Shown here: positions 1 to 9,811 of the stretch, piece after piece
Numbering within the stretch: the first letter of the stretch is position 1
Layout of the letters: every line of letters starts with the position of its first letter
Assembly: GCA_043803765.1 (NCBI GenBank)
Contig: JAZDJQ010000018.1
Span: 95,795-159,794, forward strand
Origin: Candidatus Iainarchaeum sp.
GTDB taxonomy: Archaea; Iainarchaeota; Iainarchaeia; Iainarchaeales; VGJJ01
Reading direction: 5' to 3'
DNA length: 64,000 nucleotides
Translations under genes and position numbers: made by a program
Notes under the pieces: model-generated
What the model saw: the letters and a program-made list of their open reading frames with translations, nothing else
Told to the model about the DNA's origin: nothing
The model's database searches: none

Positions 1-422
1 CTTAATCGATCCAAACATTGTTGTTTTGCATGACGAGAGTGAACCACAATGAGTTTATCATATTCTACCGCCCATTCAATAAACTGACGAAAAACATGCA
101 TTTGCAATGATTGCTTCTCAGTCGTATCCCCATACAAAAAATCAAGACCGGTTTCTCCAAGGTAAGGAGCATCTTCCACATGACCCTTATACCAAGCAAG
201 CGTTTTTTCTATGAGAGCGGGGGATTTTATCACTTCTTCAGGATGCCAACCCAATCCAATAAGGGTAGGATGCGAAGAAAAACCACCACTAAAAGCATTC
301 CAATTGGAAGGAGAAATGGTATTTTGACACCACCAAGAAACGTTTGCCTTAACGGAATGCCTTGCTGCTTCCTGGGGAGAAGGAGAATCCAAAATATGGG
401 TATGAAAATCAATCCAGGGCAT
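1..422 (-). CDS. tatD: TatD-family metal-dependent DNase (3'-truncated by window edge)
   Basis: Not in the ORF track. Manual translation from ATG 422 gives MPWIDFHTH...LGWHPEE...LGETGLDF...VVHSRHA, the TatD motifs. Confidence 0.85.
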   Translation of the reverse strand, partial: MPWIDFHTHILDSPSPQEAARHSVKANVSWWCQNTISPSNWNAFSGGFSSHPTLIGLGWHPEEVIKSPALIEKTLAWYKGHVEDAPYLGETGLDFLYGDTTEKQSLQMHVFRQFIEWAVEYDKLIVVHSRHAKQQCLDRL

Positions 423-479
423 GGGTACTACTAGCCGGGATAATGCTCATTTTAAAGGAATTCCATAAAAGAAAGGCAT

Positions 480-1616
480 ATGGACCCCACTCTTAACGGG
501 TTATCTGAAAACGAACCAACATCACGGGCGGCAGCCCATACTCCTCGGGCGCTCGCCATCGCAGGAATAATCATTGTTTTGTTATTCATTGTGGGTTTTC
601 TCATATTCTCACGATTAACCACTCCAACACCGGAAGAACCAATTGTTCTGCCCGTGAAGGTAAAACTACTCGCCGACACATCCTGTACACTATGCCCGCA
701 AACGAATACCCTGCTTGCAAAACTAGATGAAGGAAACGTCCAGTATGAGTTAGAAACAGTTGACATTTATTCGGAGGAAGGAAAAGAACTTGCAACCGAA
801 TTCGAAATAAGTTATGCTCCTGCCCTCCTTGTGAGTGTAGCAGGACTAGACCAAAACACGATGATTCAAAGCGCACTCCTTGGAAAATACATCAAGGAAC
901 CGCTCAAAACAAAAAAAGGATGGATTGTTGTTCCAGAAAAATTTTTAGACAAAGAACCTAAACTTCTCACGTTTATCAATCAACCCACTACTTGTGAAGT
1001 ACCAGAAGGAAAAATACTTTTAACCGCATTCATGGATTATGGAGACTGCAAGCCCTGCATCGACGCATACAAAAAATTAACAGCCGTTACGGAAAAATAC
1101 ACGAATGTAGTAGTGGATTACACCCCTATCATGTACCAACGCACTACCATTACGGCGATTAACAAAGCGTTCACTTCAAACAAAGGAGCCGTGTGCGCTG
1201 AAAAACTAGGATTTTTGGATGATTACACCGGATGCAATTATTTCAATTCCCAATTCTATGGAAATCTGGATATTAACTTTATGAAATCCTGCATTGCTGA
1301 AGCAGGAGGAAAAAGCAAAGAAAAGCAGACCGAATTCGTTGAATGCGTAAATGATGCAAATTCTACCACCGATGCACAACTTATCCAAAATAGTCAAACA
1401 AATGAAAAATGGAACCCTATTGAGTATACTCCTTCCTTTGTATTGGATTGCACGTATTCATTTGTAGGGCAGAACAGCATTGAACCCTATCTCTGCTATT
1501 TCCACCCTGAACTAGAAGGGTGTATTTCCATCCTCGACGAGGAAGGCATACTGAATACCCCTATTCAAAATACCCCTATTCAGCAAACAGAAACCGAAGA
1601 CATGAATGATGAGTAA
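480..1616 (+). CDS. Membrane-anchored thioredoxin/DsbA-like protein
   Basis: N-terminal TM helix, two CxxC motifs (CTLC, CKPC), YAP and YTPSF cis-Pro-like loops. Confidence 0.7.
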   Translation: MDPTLNGLSENEPTSRAAAHTPRALAIAGIIIVLLFIVGFLIFSRLTTPTPEEPIVLPVKVKLLADTSCTLCPQTNTLLAKLDEGNVQYELETVDIYSEEGKELATEFEISYAPALLVSVAGLDQNTMIQSALLGKYIKEPLKTKKGWIVVPEKFLDKEPKLLTFINQPTTCEVPEGKILLTAFMDYGDCKPCIDAYKKLTAVTEKYTNVVVDYTPIMYQRTTITAINKAFTSNKGAVCAEKLGFLDDYTGCNYFNSQFYGNLDINFMKSCIAEAGGKSKEKQTEFVECVNDANSTTDAQLIQNSQTNEKWNPIEYTPSFVLDCTYSFVGQNSIEPYLCYFHPELEGCISILDEEGILNTPIQNTPIQQTETEDMNDE

Positions 1617-1657
1617 ATACGCAAGCCTAAAAACAACTCATTACGTTTATTCTACCT

Positions 1658-2794
1658 ATGACCACGAATGTTTCAATCGAATACGCGAATGCACAAGACA
1701 AACTAGACCGTGCCAAAACACCCTATGAAAAACTCGCGGCATTAGAAGAAATGAAAAGTTATGCCCCATCCCATAAAGGAGCAGAAAAACTCCGAGCGGA
1801 AATCAACCACAAAATAGCCCAACTCAAACTCGACATTGAAAAAGACAAAAAACAATCCGCCAAAAGAGGAGGAGGACCCACGCTCGCCGTAAAAAAAGAA
1901 GGAGCGGGACAAATCGTATTAGTAGGACTGCCCAACGCGGGAAAAAGCACATTATTCAATGCCCTCACCGGATTAAACGCACCAGTAGGAGACTATGAAT
2001 ATACTACGGTTCAACCCCAAGTAGGAATGGTTGATTTCAAAGGAGCCAAAATACAACTTGTAGACTTGCCCCCCATTTCCGAAGGAAGCGCAGAAGGAAA
2101 ATTCAATGGAAAAGAAATACTCGCCGTGATACGAAATGCCGATGCCATCGTATTAGTTGTGCGTGCGGAGAACCCCGCCCACGAATACTTACTATTACAA
2201 AAAGAATTAGAAAAAGCAGGCATTTCGCTGAATAGGAAAAAACCAAACGTGAGCATCACCCCCACCCCCTTCCCCGGTTTTTCTCTCACCGGAAAAGAAT
2301 TTCTCAAAATTCCACAAGAACAATTAGTCGAGTATCTCAAAAAAATAGGAATGCACAACGTGCACGTGATTCTACGAGAGAATACCACACTGGATGTGGT
2401 GGCGGAAGTACTAAATGAAAAACTAGTGTATCGAAAAGCCATGATTATTGTCATGAAAAGCGTTGAGAAAAAAGAAACAAAACGAGACGAAAAAGGACTC
2501 ATCGTGTTCACATGGCAGGATGATAAAGAATCAAAAAAAGAAGCGGTTGATTTATTATTCGAGATTCTGGACAAAGTATTCGTTTACACTAAAAAACCGG
2601 GAACGGCTGCCGCGACACTCCCACTAATCGTACCAAAAGGAGCAACCGTATTAAACGTCGCCGAACTCATACACAAAGATATCGTTCAAACACTCAAATC
2701 CGCCAAAATATGGGGAAGCACCAAATTTGAAGGACAACGAGTAGCAAAAGATTATGTAGTGCAGAATGGGGATATTGTCGAATTCTGCTGGTAA
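1658..2794 (+). CDS. DRG/Obg-family GTPase with C-terminal TGS domain
   Basis: GLPNAGKS, YEYTT, DLPP, and TGS-like IHKD...GDIVE. Confidence 0.9.
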   Translation: MTTNVSIEYANAQDKLDRAKTPYEKLAALEEMKSYAPSHKGAEKLRAEINHKIAQLKLDIEKDKKQSAKRGGGPTLAVKKEGAGQIVLVGLPNAGKSTLFNALTGLNAPVGDYEYTTVQPQVGMVDFKGAKIQLVDLPPISEGSAEGKFNGKEILAVIRNADAIVLVVRAENPAHEYLLLQKELEKAGISLNRKKPNVSITPTPFPGFSLTGKEFLKIPQEQLVEYLKKIGMHNVHVILRENTTLDVVAEVLNEKLVYRKAMIIVMKSVEKKETKRDEKGLIVFTWQDDKESKKEAVDLLFEILDKVFVYTKKPGTAAATLPLIVPKGATVLNVAELIHKDIVQTLKSAKIWGSTKFEGQRVAKDYVVQNGDIVEFCW

Positions 2795-2815
2795 AAAAAA
2801 ATGAAAAAAATATTT

Positions 2816-4099
2816 TTATTCGTTCCCTTGCCGTGAGGAAGTAAACAATTCTAACGCTTTCCTACCAATAAGAATAAGGGCAATACCCCCCAAAACAAAT
2901 GCAATACCCGTGATAAGCGTATCCGATGCCGATTGAGAAGAATCCGTTCCATCCGCAATCCCCGCACTCTTAATCTGTTTGACTAATACCTTGGCTTTTT
3001 CCCCTGTTTCTTTTGCCGAAGTGTATTGCTTTTTACCAAATGCACTTACTGCATTATTCCACGCCCCCTCAAAATCATTCACGCCTGATTGGTTTTCCCA
3101 ACGATAACGATTTTCCTCCGCTAAAATAACCTGCGCCGCATGAGACAAAGAAGAAAAACCCGTAATATTCAACAGAGAAGAATCATCCCCATACAATACA
3201 ACGTAGGCAAGGGAACGGGCAACCCGGTTGTTTCCTTCCGCTTCCAACGCGCTCACTTTTGTCTGAATACTCGCAAATTCGGTTGTAATCCTCTGTTTAT
3301 TCTCGGCAGCCAAATCAGCATAATAGGAAAATGAACTCGTAAGCGTTTGATTAGGACCGAGAGGAGACAATAATCCCAACAGTTGGGACTTCGTCTGGGC
3401 ATCCAATGCATTATCTGATGCAATCTGATTTTTTACTTTGGAAATAGACTGGTCATAGGACGCCGCATCTTCTTTCAACGAATCGATTGCATCAAACACC
3501 GCACCATACTTCGTCGAAATCGTATTCACAACCGAGGTGTTAATCGAAACATTAAGAAAAGATGTTTCATCCTCGCTCAATGATTTGATGCCATTCGCAA
3601 CACTGCGAATATCATCCACCATGCTGGCTAATTTTCCCTTAAGTGAAGAAATCTCAACCTGCAATGAAGGATTGGAAACCGTCTCGGAAACAATATCCAC
3701 ATCGAACTCTTCATTTTCCACCGCATTCGCCAGTTCTTCCAACTTGTTCACCGTAGGAAGAGAAACAAGCCAAGATGTTTGCTGTTTAAGGAAAGAAATA
3801 CGCTGCACCAAATAGTTAGCCGAGACCAAATTCGTATGCAGTGTTCCAGCAGGAACCACGGCACTGTCCTTATCCGCAATGGGAATCACCGTACGAAGAA
3901 CATCCCCTTGCAACAATGAAACCACCCAGTATTTCTGCACCCCATTCGTCTGAGGAAGCGCCTTGAAAACAACCGCCTTTTCCCCCGATTCCAAAAAATT
4001 ACGCTCAAGTAATGCATTTTCAGCATCAATCGCCTGCAACCCCCATGCGAGAGGAAGGAAAAGGAATAGCGCTGCGAGAATGACTCTGTAGCTACGCAT
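2816..4099 (-). CDS. Hypothetical exported protein with signal peptide, helical body and C-terminal TM anchor
   Basis: Long ORF with hydrophobic N- and C-terminal segments; ATG 4099 chosen as start. Confidence 0.7.
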   Translation of the reverse strand: MRSYRVILAALFLFLPLAWGLQAIDAENALLERNFLESGEKAVVFKALPQTNGVQKYWVVSLLQGDVLRTVIPIADKDSAVVPAGTLHTNLVSANYLVQRISFLKQQTSWLVSLPTVNKLEELANAVENEEFDVDIVSETVSNPSLQVEISSLKGKLASMVDDIRSVANGIKSLSEDETSFLNVSINTSVVNTISTKYGAVFDAIDSLKEDAASYDQSISKVKNQIASDNALDAQTKSQLLGLLSPLGPNQTLTSSFSYYADLAAENKQRITTEFASIQTKVSALEAEGNNRVARSLAYVVLYGDDSSLLNITGFSSLSHAAQVILAEENRYRWENQSGVNDFEGAWNNAVSAFGKKQYTSAKETGEKAKVLVKQIKSAGIADGTDSSQSASDTLITGIAFVLGGIALILIGRKALELFTSSRQGNE

Positions 4100-4175
4100 C
4101 ACAGGGAGAAAAAAACCCATTATAGGTTATAATCCCTCCCCTACACATAGTGTAGAGAAGGGTCACCTATTTCCC

Positions 4176-4249
4176 GGGGATGTAGTGTAACCTGGTTATC
4201 ACGGCAGGCTCCAGACCTGCAAATCGGGGTTCAAATCCCTGCGTCCCCA
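4176..4249 (+). tRNA. tRNA-Trp (CCA), intronless
   Basis: Acceptor GGGGATG/CGTCCCC, anticodon arm GCAGG-CTCCAGA-CCTGC, T-loop TTCAAAT. Confidence 0.95.
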
Positions 4250-4308
4250 CTTTACCATATACAGAAATTCGCCGTAGGAATAAAACGCCTTCCACTACCC
4301 CTGAGGAA

Positions 4309-4719
4309 ATGGCACGGATGTATTTGGATGCGAATGTATTCATCTCCTATTTCCGTGGGGAAATTGGTGCAAATTACAGGGGGTTATTCGTCGAAGCTGA
4401 AAAAGTATTGGATTTCCTCCATGTAAATGGTCACACGGTGGTCATATCCTCTTTATGCTTAAAAGAAATAGAAACGGTTTCGTACATCCGAAAAACAGAA
4501 CTGGAAGACCTTTTCAAACGAAAAAATATCACAACTGAATTCGTCACTAACCCCGAGTATTTGGATTGGAAACCATTTGAAAAAATAGGAATCCATTACC
4601 CCGATGCACTACATGTAGCTCTTGCAATATACTACCAGTGTGAAGCGATTATAACATTCAATGTCCATGACTTTCTTCCAGCAAAAAAAATTAGAATCAT
4701 TGATCCGCGAGAACTTTAG
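4309..4719 (+). CDS. PIN-domain (VapC-like) ribonuclease
   Basis: YLDANVFI...E...DALHVALA...IITFN acidic PIN motif. Confidence 0.85.
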   Translation: MARMYLDANVFISYFRGEIGANYRGLFVEAEKVLDFLHVNGHTVVISSLCLKEIETVSYIRKTELEDLFKRKNITTEFVTNPEYLDWKPFEKIGIHYPDALHVALAIYYQCEAIITFNVHDFLPAKKIRIIDPREL

Positions 4720-5005
4720 TCGTGTTTACGCTTTTCTTTTTAAGAAACTCGTCCGCAATCTTTGCCCGTTGCTCTCGAGTTAATTCTTCCCCACGATAGC
4801 CCCTATCATAGGCCGTGAGTGCAAGTGTCCTAAGAGCCAACCGAGAGTGCAAACGTTCATCGGACAATGTTTCCAATTCCACTATACACTTACGAATGGC
4901 ATCCTTCAAAAACTCGGAACGAGAAGAATAAAGACCCGAACGAGAAACCAGTGCATCGATTTTACTCGCCATCTTGTCTTCCACCTGAACGGAAAGCATT
5001 TTCAT
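4697..5005 (-). CDS. Ribbon-helix-helix (CopG-like) protein, putative antitoxin
   Basis: MLSVQV...KIDALV...YSSRSEFLKDAIR RHH signature. Confidence 0.8.
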   Translation of the reverse strand: MKMLSVQVEDKMASKIDALVSRSGLYSSRSEFLKDAIRKCIVELETLSDERLHSRLALRTLALTAYDRGYRGEELTREQRAKIADEFLKKKSVNTTKVLADQ

Positions 5006-5006
5006 T

Positions 5007-5024
5007 TTAGTAATGGGCTACTAA
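5007..5024. promoter_or_regulatory. Inverted repeat TTAGTA-N6-TACTAA, putative RHH operator
   Basis: Perfect 6-bp inverted repeat directly upstream of the RHH start codon. Confidence 0.45.
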
Positions 5025-5158
5025 TGGAATAAAAACCTACTCGGAAAAAAGAGCGAACGGCCACTAAAAGTGCTGGCCGCAGTGCAGGGGATGCAACTCG
5101 GTGTTGCCGCCGACAGGGAAAAACCAATAAATAGGAAACCGCATACTAAGTAATCAGC

Positions 5159-5602
5159 ATGCACCCCACCCCCGCCAAAATAGAAGACACTTCTTCAATC
5201 GTTCAATTCATCCAACGTTATTTCCCATATACCACTATTGACGAGCAGGAAGTAAAACACCGCATCCAATCAAACGGGTTCATTTTTAACAAAATAATGC
5301 AAAACAAAAAAATAATCGGATACGCCGAATGGGAAATGGTAGAAGAAAAAAAAGAAACCATTCGATTAAATGGAATTGCGGTGCTTCCAGAATATCAACA
5401 AAAAGGAAATGGAACAATGCTTTTACAAGAAGGAGAGAAGGAAGCAAAAAAAAGAGGAATCAAAAAAATCCAATTATATGTAGGAGAAACAAATATGCCG
5501 GCAAAGCAAGCATATGCAAAGAATGGATACGCATATACTCGACCACACCTACGAAAAATAAATGGGGAAAAGGCGGAAGTGTGGGAGAAAAAAATAGTGT
5601 GA
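5159..5602 (+). CDS. GNAT-family N-acetyltransferase
   Basis: IAVLPEYQQKGNG acetyl-CoA motif; N..A..AY.KNGY. Confidence 0.9.
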   Translation: MHPTPAKIEDTSSIVQFIQRYFPYTTIDEQEVKHRIQSNGFIFNKIMQNKKIIGYAEWEMVEEKKETIRLNGIAVLPEYQQKGNGTMLLQEGEKEAKKRGIKKIQLYVGETNMPAKQAYAKNGYAYTRPHLRKINGEKAEVWEKKIV

Positions 5603-7054
5603 TTAATACGCTTTAGAAAACAACGTATAATATTCGGCACTTTTCCCGCAATGAACACACAAACCGTTTTTCACAGGCTTTTCATCTAACGGAATGCAGC
5701 GAGAAGAAGCCATTGTCTTATCTTTGATGTCTTTTTCACATTCTTTACTACCGCAAAAAAGCATCCGGATAAGTTTTCGCTGTTCAAGTGCATGCTCAAA
5801 CTCGCGCATCGTTTTCACTTCAACCATACTTTCTTTCAAATGCTTCTCTGCTTTTGAAAAAAGAGAATGATGCATCGCATCCAATTCCGACTCAATTATT
5901 TTATCAATTCCATACAATGAAACGATTTTCTTTTCACCCGTATCACGACGAACAAGAACGCACTGATTCTGCCCCACATCACGAGGACCTAGCTCGATGC
6001 GAATAGGAATACCCTTGAGCTCCCACTCATTAAATTTCCAACCCGCCGAATACTGTTCACGAGCATCCACCCACGCGCCAAATGCACGCAGTTCAGAAGA
6101 CAATTTCCGCGCAACATCTAAAACAGTAGTATGGGAATCCGAAAAAAGAATAGGAACGATTACCACTTTGTTCCGAGCCAAGCGTGGAGGAAGAACCAAT
6201 CCTTTATCATCCCCATGCACCATGATTAACGCTCCAATTACCCTCGTTGAAAGACCCCACGAATTCTGCCAAGGAATATGCGGCTGCTCATCCTCTCCAG
6301 CGAATGTAATATTAAATGCTTTAGCAAAATTCTGCCCTAAGTCATGACTCGTACTGCCTTGCAGTGCTTTCCCATCCGGCATCCATGCCTCCAATGTAAA
6401 CGTATCTTGAGCACCGGCAAACTTTTCCAACTGGGTCTTTTTCCCTGCAATCACGGGGATAGCAAGCAGCTCATGATAGACTTTCTGATACTCCATAAGA
6501 AAACGCATGGTCTCATCTAATTCTTCCTCATGAGTCGCATACACGCAATGTCCTTCCTGCCACAAAAACTCGCGCGTGCGAATAAACAATTTAGTCATGG
6601 TGATTTCCCACCGCACAATATTGCACCACTGATTAATACGCAAGGGAAGATCGCGATGCGAACGAATCCACTTGGAATACATATCATACATCAATGTTTC
6701 ACTTGTAGGACGAATAGCTAAACGTTCTCCACCATTCTCTTTTTCATCCTGGGCAATCCACGCCACCTCAGGAGCAAAACCTTCCGCATGCTCTTTCTCC
6801 TTATTGAAAAAAGACTCGGGAATAAGAAGAGGAAAATACGCGTTTTCTACACCTAATTTTTTGATATTCTTATCCAAAAAAGATTGAATGCCTTCCCATA
6901 ATTGCATCCCATGAGGACGAATGACCATGAACCCATGCACGGGAGAATAATCCGCCAGCTCTGCTTTCACCACCACTTGATTATACCATTCTGAAAAGTC
7001 ATCGGATTTCTTGACAGTGATTCCAACCAACTTCGGGGTCTTTTCTGCCGGCAT
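5603..7054 (-). CDS. proS: Proline-tRNA ligase, archaeal/eukaryotic type
   Basis: IRPTSET, RTREFLWQEGH, SWGLSTR, C-terminal Zn domain ending KAY. Confidence 0.97.
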   Translation of the reverse strand: MPAEKTPKLVGITVKKSDDFSEWYNQVVVKAELADYSPVHGFMVIRPHGMQLWEGIQSFLDKNIKKLGVENAYFPLLIPESFFNKEKEHAEGFAPEVAWIAQDEKENGGERLAIRPTSETLMYDMYSKWIRSHRDLPLRINQWCNIVRWEITMTKLFIRTREFLWQEGHCVYATHEEELDETMRFLMEYQKVYHELLAIPVIAGKKTQLEKFAGAQDTFTLEAWMPDGKALQGSTSHDLGQNFAKAFNITFAGEDEQPHIPWQNSWGLSTRVIGALIMVHGDDKGLVLPPRLARNKVVIVPILFSDSHTTVLDVARKLSSELRAFGAWVDAREQYSAGWKFNEWELKGIPIRIELGPRDVGQNQCVLVRRDTGEKKIVSLYGIDKIIESELDAMHHSLFSKAEKHLKESMVEVKTMREFEHALEQRKLIRMLFCGSKECEKDIKDKTMASSRCIPLDEKPVKNGLCVHCGKSAEYYTLFSKAY

Positions 7055-7152
7055 GGAAAAAGAACAACTCCTAAATGGTTAATAATACGCCCCTGCACCA
7101 CCCACCAAAATGATTTATAATGGGTCCCAAACCCCAAGTCATGGAGACAAAT

Positions 7153-7225
7153 GGGGGGGTAGTATAGCCTGGTAGTATACCACCTTGGGGTGGTGGCGAC
7201 CCCGGTTCAAATCCGGGCCCTCCCG
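7153..7225 (+). tRNA. tRNA-Pro (GGG)
   Basis: GGGGGGG/CCCTCCC acceptor, CCACC-TTGGGGT-GGTGG anticodon arm, CCCGG-TTCAAAT-CCGGG T arm. Confidence 0.95.
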
Positions 7226-7267
7226 TTTATTCTTCTTTGCACTAAACGATAAAAAACCATTCAACTA

Positions 7268-7624
7268 TTGTTAGCGCAACGAAAAATAAGTAAGGAAGAA
7301 CGCCCTAGAGGAAGAATGCTGGATAGCTATGTAAGGGGCCGATTGCTGAAAACCTCAACGGGAGATGATGACTTCGATGAATATGATATTCGTCGATTTA
7401 TAAGTGGACCATCCAGCACTTATGATCGAAAAGTCAAACGCGAACAATATCTAGAAGCCGTGCGAAAAGCATTTGCAGAAAATCCGAAACGTGCGGAAGA
7501 AATTCGAAGAGCCATTTTAGATGCACACGATCGTGGAAAACCAGTAACCATAAACCGAGGGAAACCACCCAACAGATTTGTAACATTACGTCGCGCCATC
7601 AAACGCAGATACCGCGGAAAATAG
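7268..7624 (+). CDS. Small Arg/Lys-rich hypothetical protein
   Basis: 118-aa ORF filling the gap after tRNA-Pro; start uncertain (TTG 7268 or ATG 7316). Confidence 0.55.
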   Translation: MLAQRKISKEERPRGRMLDSYVRGRLLKTSTGDDDFDEYDIRRFISGPSSTYDRKVKREQYLEAVRKAFAENPKRAEEIRRAILDAHDRGKPVTINRGKPPNRFVTLRRAIKRRYRGK

Positions 7625-7692
7625 AACGGGTTTATTTTGAAAAAGAAAAATTCTCCTTAATTATTTAAGGTGATCGAAAAATCGTTCACAGA

Positions 7693-8016
7693 ATGGACCG
7701 TGAGTATAATGTACAAGAATGGTTAGATGAAAAAAAGGAAAATATGGTTTTCGTCCGCTATGTTTTCCTTCCCAATTTTTCTAATATTGAACAATTTGCG
7801 GTCATTTATCTCACCAAAGAGGGCAAGAATTGGCGTGAAATAATCAAGATTGATGGTAATCCAGCCGAAGCCGTTCATATCCACGTTTCCTACTCTGACA
7901 AGGAAAAGAAGAACCTGCACAAACCCATCACCTGGGAAACAGTGGAGGAGGCGGTAGATCGTATAAAATCACATTGGCGTGAATATCTGCTCCAACACCA
8001 ACAAGAAGGTTTATAA
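7693..8016 (+). CDS. Putative toxin with EIxKxDG...VHIH motif (resembles DUF6516/TumE-like families)
   Basis: Paralog of 62057..62389; lies upstream of an HTH gene. Confidence 0.6.
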   Translation: MDREYNVQEWLDEKKENMVFVRYVFLPNFSNIEQFAVIYLTKEGKNWREIIKIDGNPAEAVHIHVSYSDKEKKNLHKPITWETVEEAVDRIKSHWREYLLQHQQEGL

Positions 8017-8030
8017 CTTTCACCGTTATA
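8012..8030. promoter_or_regulatory. Inverted repeat TATAAC-N7-GTTATA, putative operator
   Basis: Conserved as ATAAC-N7-GTTAT at the paralogous locus 62386-62402. Confidence 0.55.
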
Positions 8031-8038
8031 TTTGATTT

Positions 8039-8407
8039 ATGGCTATTCGAAAAGTGATCATAAAGGTCGGCGGGGACATGATGGGGGATCTCCGACAAAA
8101 CTTGCAGAAACCAAATCGGAAATTGGCTGGCACACACACTATCTATATAAAAAATCTTGAAGAATTATTCCATCTGCTCACTCCCGAACGACTAAAATTG
8201 ACCTGGGAACTCATAACAAATTCCGAAAAATATACTATTTGCGACCTTGCCGAAAAAACTCGCCGAAAGCAGGCGGCAGTGAGTCGGGATATTGGCATTC
8301 TACATCGGGCTGGGCTGATTGAAAAGAAAAAAGACAAGCAGAAAGTATATCCACGCACCACATTCAAGGAAATACTCATCCAATTCGCGGAACCCAGCCA
8401 GACATAA
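8039..8407 (+). CDS. Winged-HTH protein (HVO_A0114-like), putative antitoxin
   Basis: LLTPERL...ICDLAEKTRRKQAAVSRDIGILHRAGLI; paralog of 62410..62766. Confidence 0.8.
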   Translation: MAIRKVIIKVGGDMMGDLRQNLQKPNRKLAGTHTIYIKNLEELFHLLTPERLKLTWELITNSEKYTICDLAEKTRRKQAAVSRDIGILHRAGLIEKKKDKQKVYPRTTFKEILIQFAEPSQT

Positions 8408-8481
8408 TCACAACAATGGATGGGGTTGCTAAAAATATTAAAAAAAGGGCGATTCTACTACCACAAAAAAATATCCGAATA

Positions 8482-8988
8482 TCAATAGGCCCCAGCCAAA
8501 ATCTTATGGGATGACAACCGAATCCTTCCAACACCCGGAATCAACCGAGGCATGTTCGTGCCCGCAATACGACCTTTACGATCCACGTAAACATATTTGT
8601 ATTTTCCCAAAAAACGCCTCAATTCAATATTATGCAGGGATTCATCCCCCAAACGCTTCCCTACTTCAAGAGTCGCTTGGCGGATCCCGGGAAAATGATA
8701 AGAATGAACTTTTCCAGCTCCAGATCCCATCACACTCAAGGAAATTGTAACTACTCGAGCTAATCTCTCCCTAAATGAAGGATTGGAAACGAAAGTTACC
8801 AGATTCGATGCCCCCAAACCGACGGACGCCGCAACCTTTGTCATTTGCTCCACGCCCCCCGTACGTCTTTTCTGTTCAAGTAATGCATCATACGTCTCTC
8901 TGTCCACCCCTACCCCAAATGATAAAGGACCCGAGAACCGCGGACGACGGAAACGGTCAACCATTCGTTTAACGACTTTCCTAACCAT
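8482..8988 (-). CDS. Basic hypothetical protein
   Basis: 168-aa ATG ORF with an Arg-rich N-terminus. Confidence 0.6.
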   Translation of the reverse strand: MVRKVVKRMVDRFRRPRFSGPLSFGVGVDRETYDALLEQKRRTGGVEQMTKVAASVGLGASNLVTFVSNPSFRERLARVVTISLSVMGSGAGKVHSYHFPGIRQATLEVGKRLGDESLHNIELRRFLGKYKYVYVDRKGRIAGTNMPRLIPGVGRIRLSSHKILAGAY

Positions 8989-9005
8989 GCTTGGAAAAAG
9001 CCGAT

Positions 9006-9026
9006 TATATATATATATATATATAT
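9006..9026. repeat. (TA)10 microsatellite at the TATA-box position of the 8482..8988 gene
   Basis: TATATATATATATATATATAT, 18-38 bp upstream of ATG 8988. Confidence 0.9.
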
Positions 9027-9305
9027 CTTCCGTTCTGGCTGGCTTTGCCTGTAAAGTATAGAAAAAATAACTAAAACAATGGCAGGGTGCCCAATATCAC
9101 GTCTAATTTTTTTTATAATCCACTTTATGGGCAAAGCCGTTCCGGCTTTGGTGAAGTTTCAGAAAAGCAATCACCAGCATATCCTTTAACTTGGCAATGG
9201 ATGAACAACCAGTAATCAACCCCAATCCGACAATCAAAAATAAAGATTTTCAACTAGACCGATGGCAGACGTTTCCTTTTTAAAGCCCAAAATTTTGCAG
9301 GGAGT

Positions 9306-9755
9306 ATGACCTCCAAACGAGCCACTAAAACGAAAAAGAGACACGTCAAGAAACGCGCAGGGAAGGACAAACGAACTGAAATACATTCCGTGCATCATCC
9401 GGAACACCGGGAAAGATATTACCGCGCCAAGCGGGCATTGCGCGCACTAAAGCAAGCAGTATGGAACCCAAAAGCAGTCATTCATTCGTATCGCACCCAC
9501 ATACCCGAAAAAATGTTGAAAGAAATACCCGAACAAGCACTAATTGAACACTGGGAGGCCATTGGCGAATTAAGAGGAAGAGGAATCGACGTACGCGCAA
9601 CTAGGTCACAAAACGCACGACCCCACCTAACAAGAGAAATTGAAATAGACAATCCTGTTTCCTACCATGCGAGAAGCTTCGCCCAAAGACACGGCCTCAT
9701 CCTGCGAGAAAGAAGGCACCCCATTCGAACAACGCTGGAACGGATGTTCGGATAA
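9306..9755 (+). CDS. Basic hypothetical protein
   Basis: 149-aa ORF with a Lys/Arg-rich N-terminus; TTTTTAAA box ~25 bp upstream. Confidence 0.65.
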   Translation: MTSKRATKTKKRHVKKRAGKDKRTEIHSVHHPEHRERYYRAKRALRALKQAVWNPKAVIHSYRTHIPEKMLKEIPEQALIEHWEAIGELRGRGIDVRATRSQNARPHLTREIEIDNPVSYHARSFAQRHGLILRERRHPIRTTLERMFG

Positions 9756-9811
9756 AAAAAACAACGTTGAGCGTCCTGCACGATTAAAAGCAATCACGCT
9801 CTCCATTTCTT

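Noticed and set aside
2060-2465. Inactive DRG GTPase (DLPP at G3, no clear NKxD)
   Set aside because: As I recall, DxPP occurs naturally in this subfamily, and G4 cannot be placed reliably by eye.
4176-4249. Intronless tRNA-Trp as a novelty
   Set aside because: tRNA intron presence varies widely among archaea.
9103-9253. Minus-strand lipoprotein-like reading (KSLFLIVGLGLITGC)
   Set aside because: Needs a frameshift to gain a start codon, would be only ~50 aa, and has no other support.
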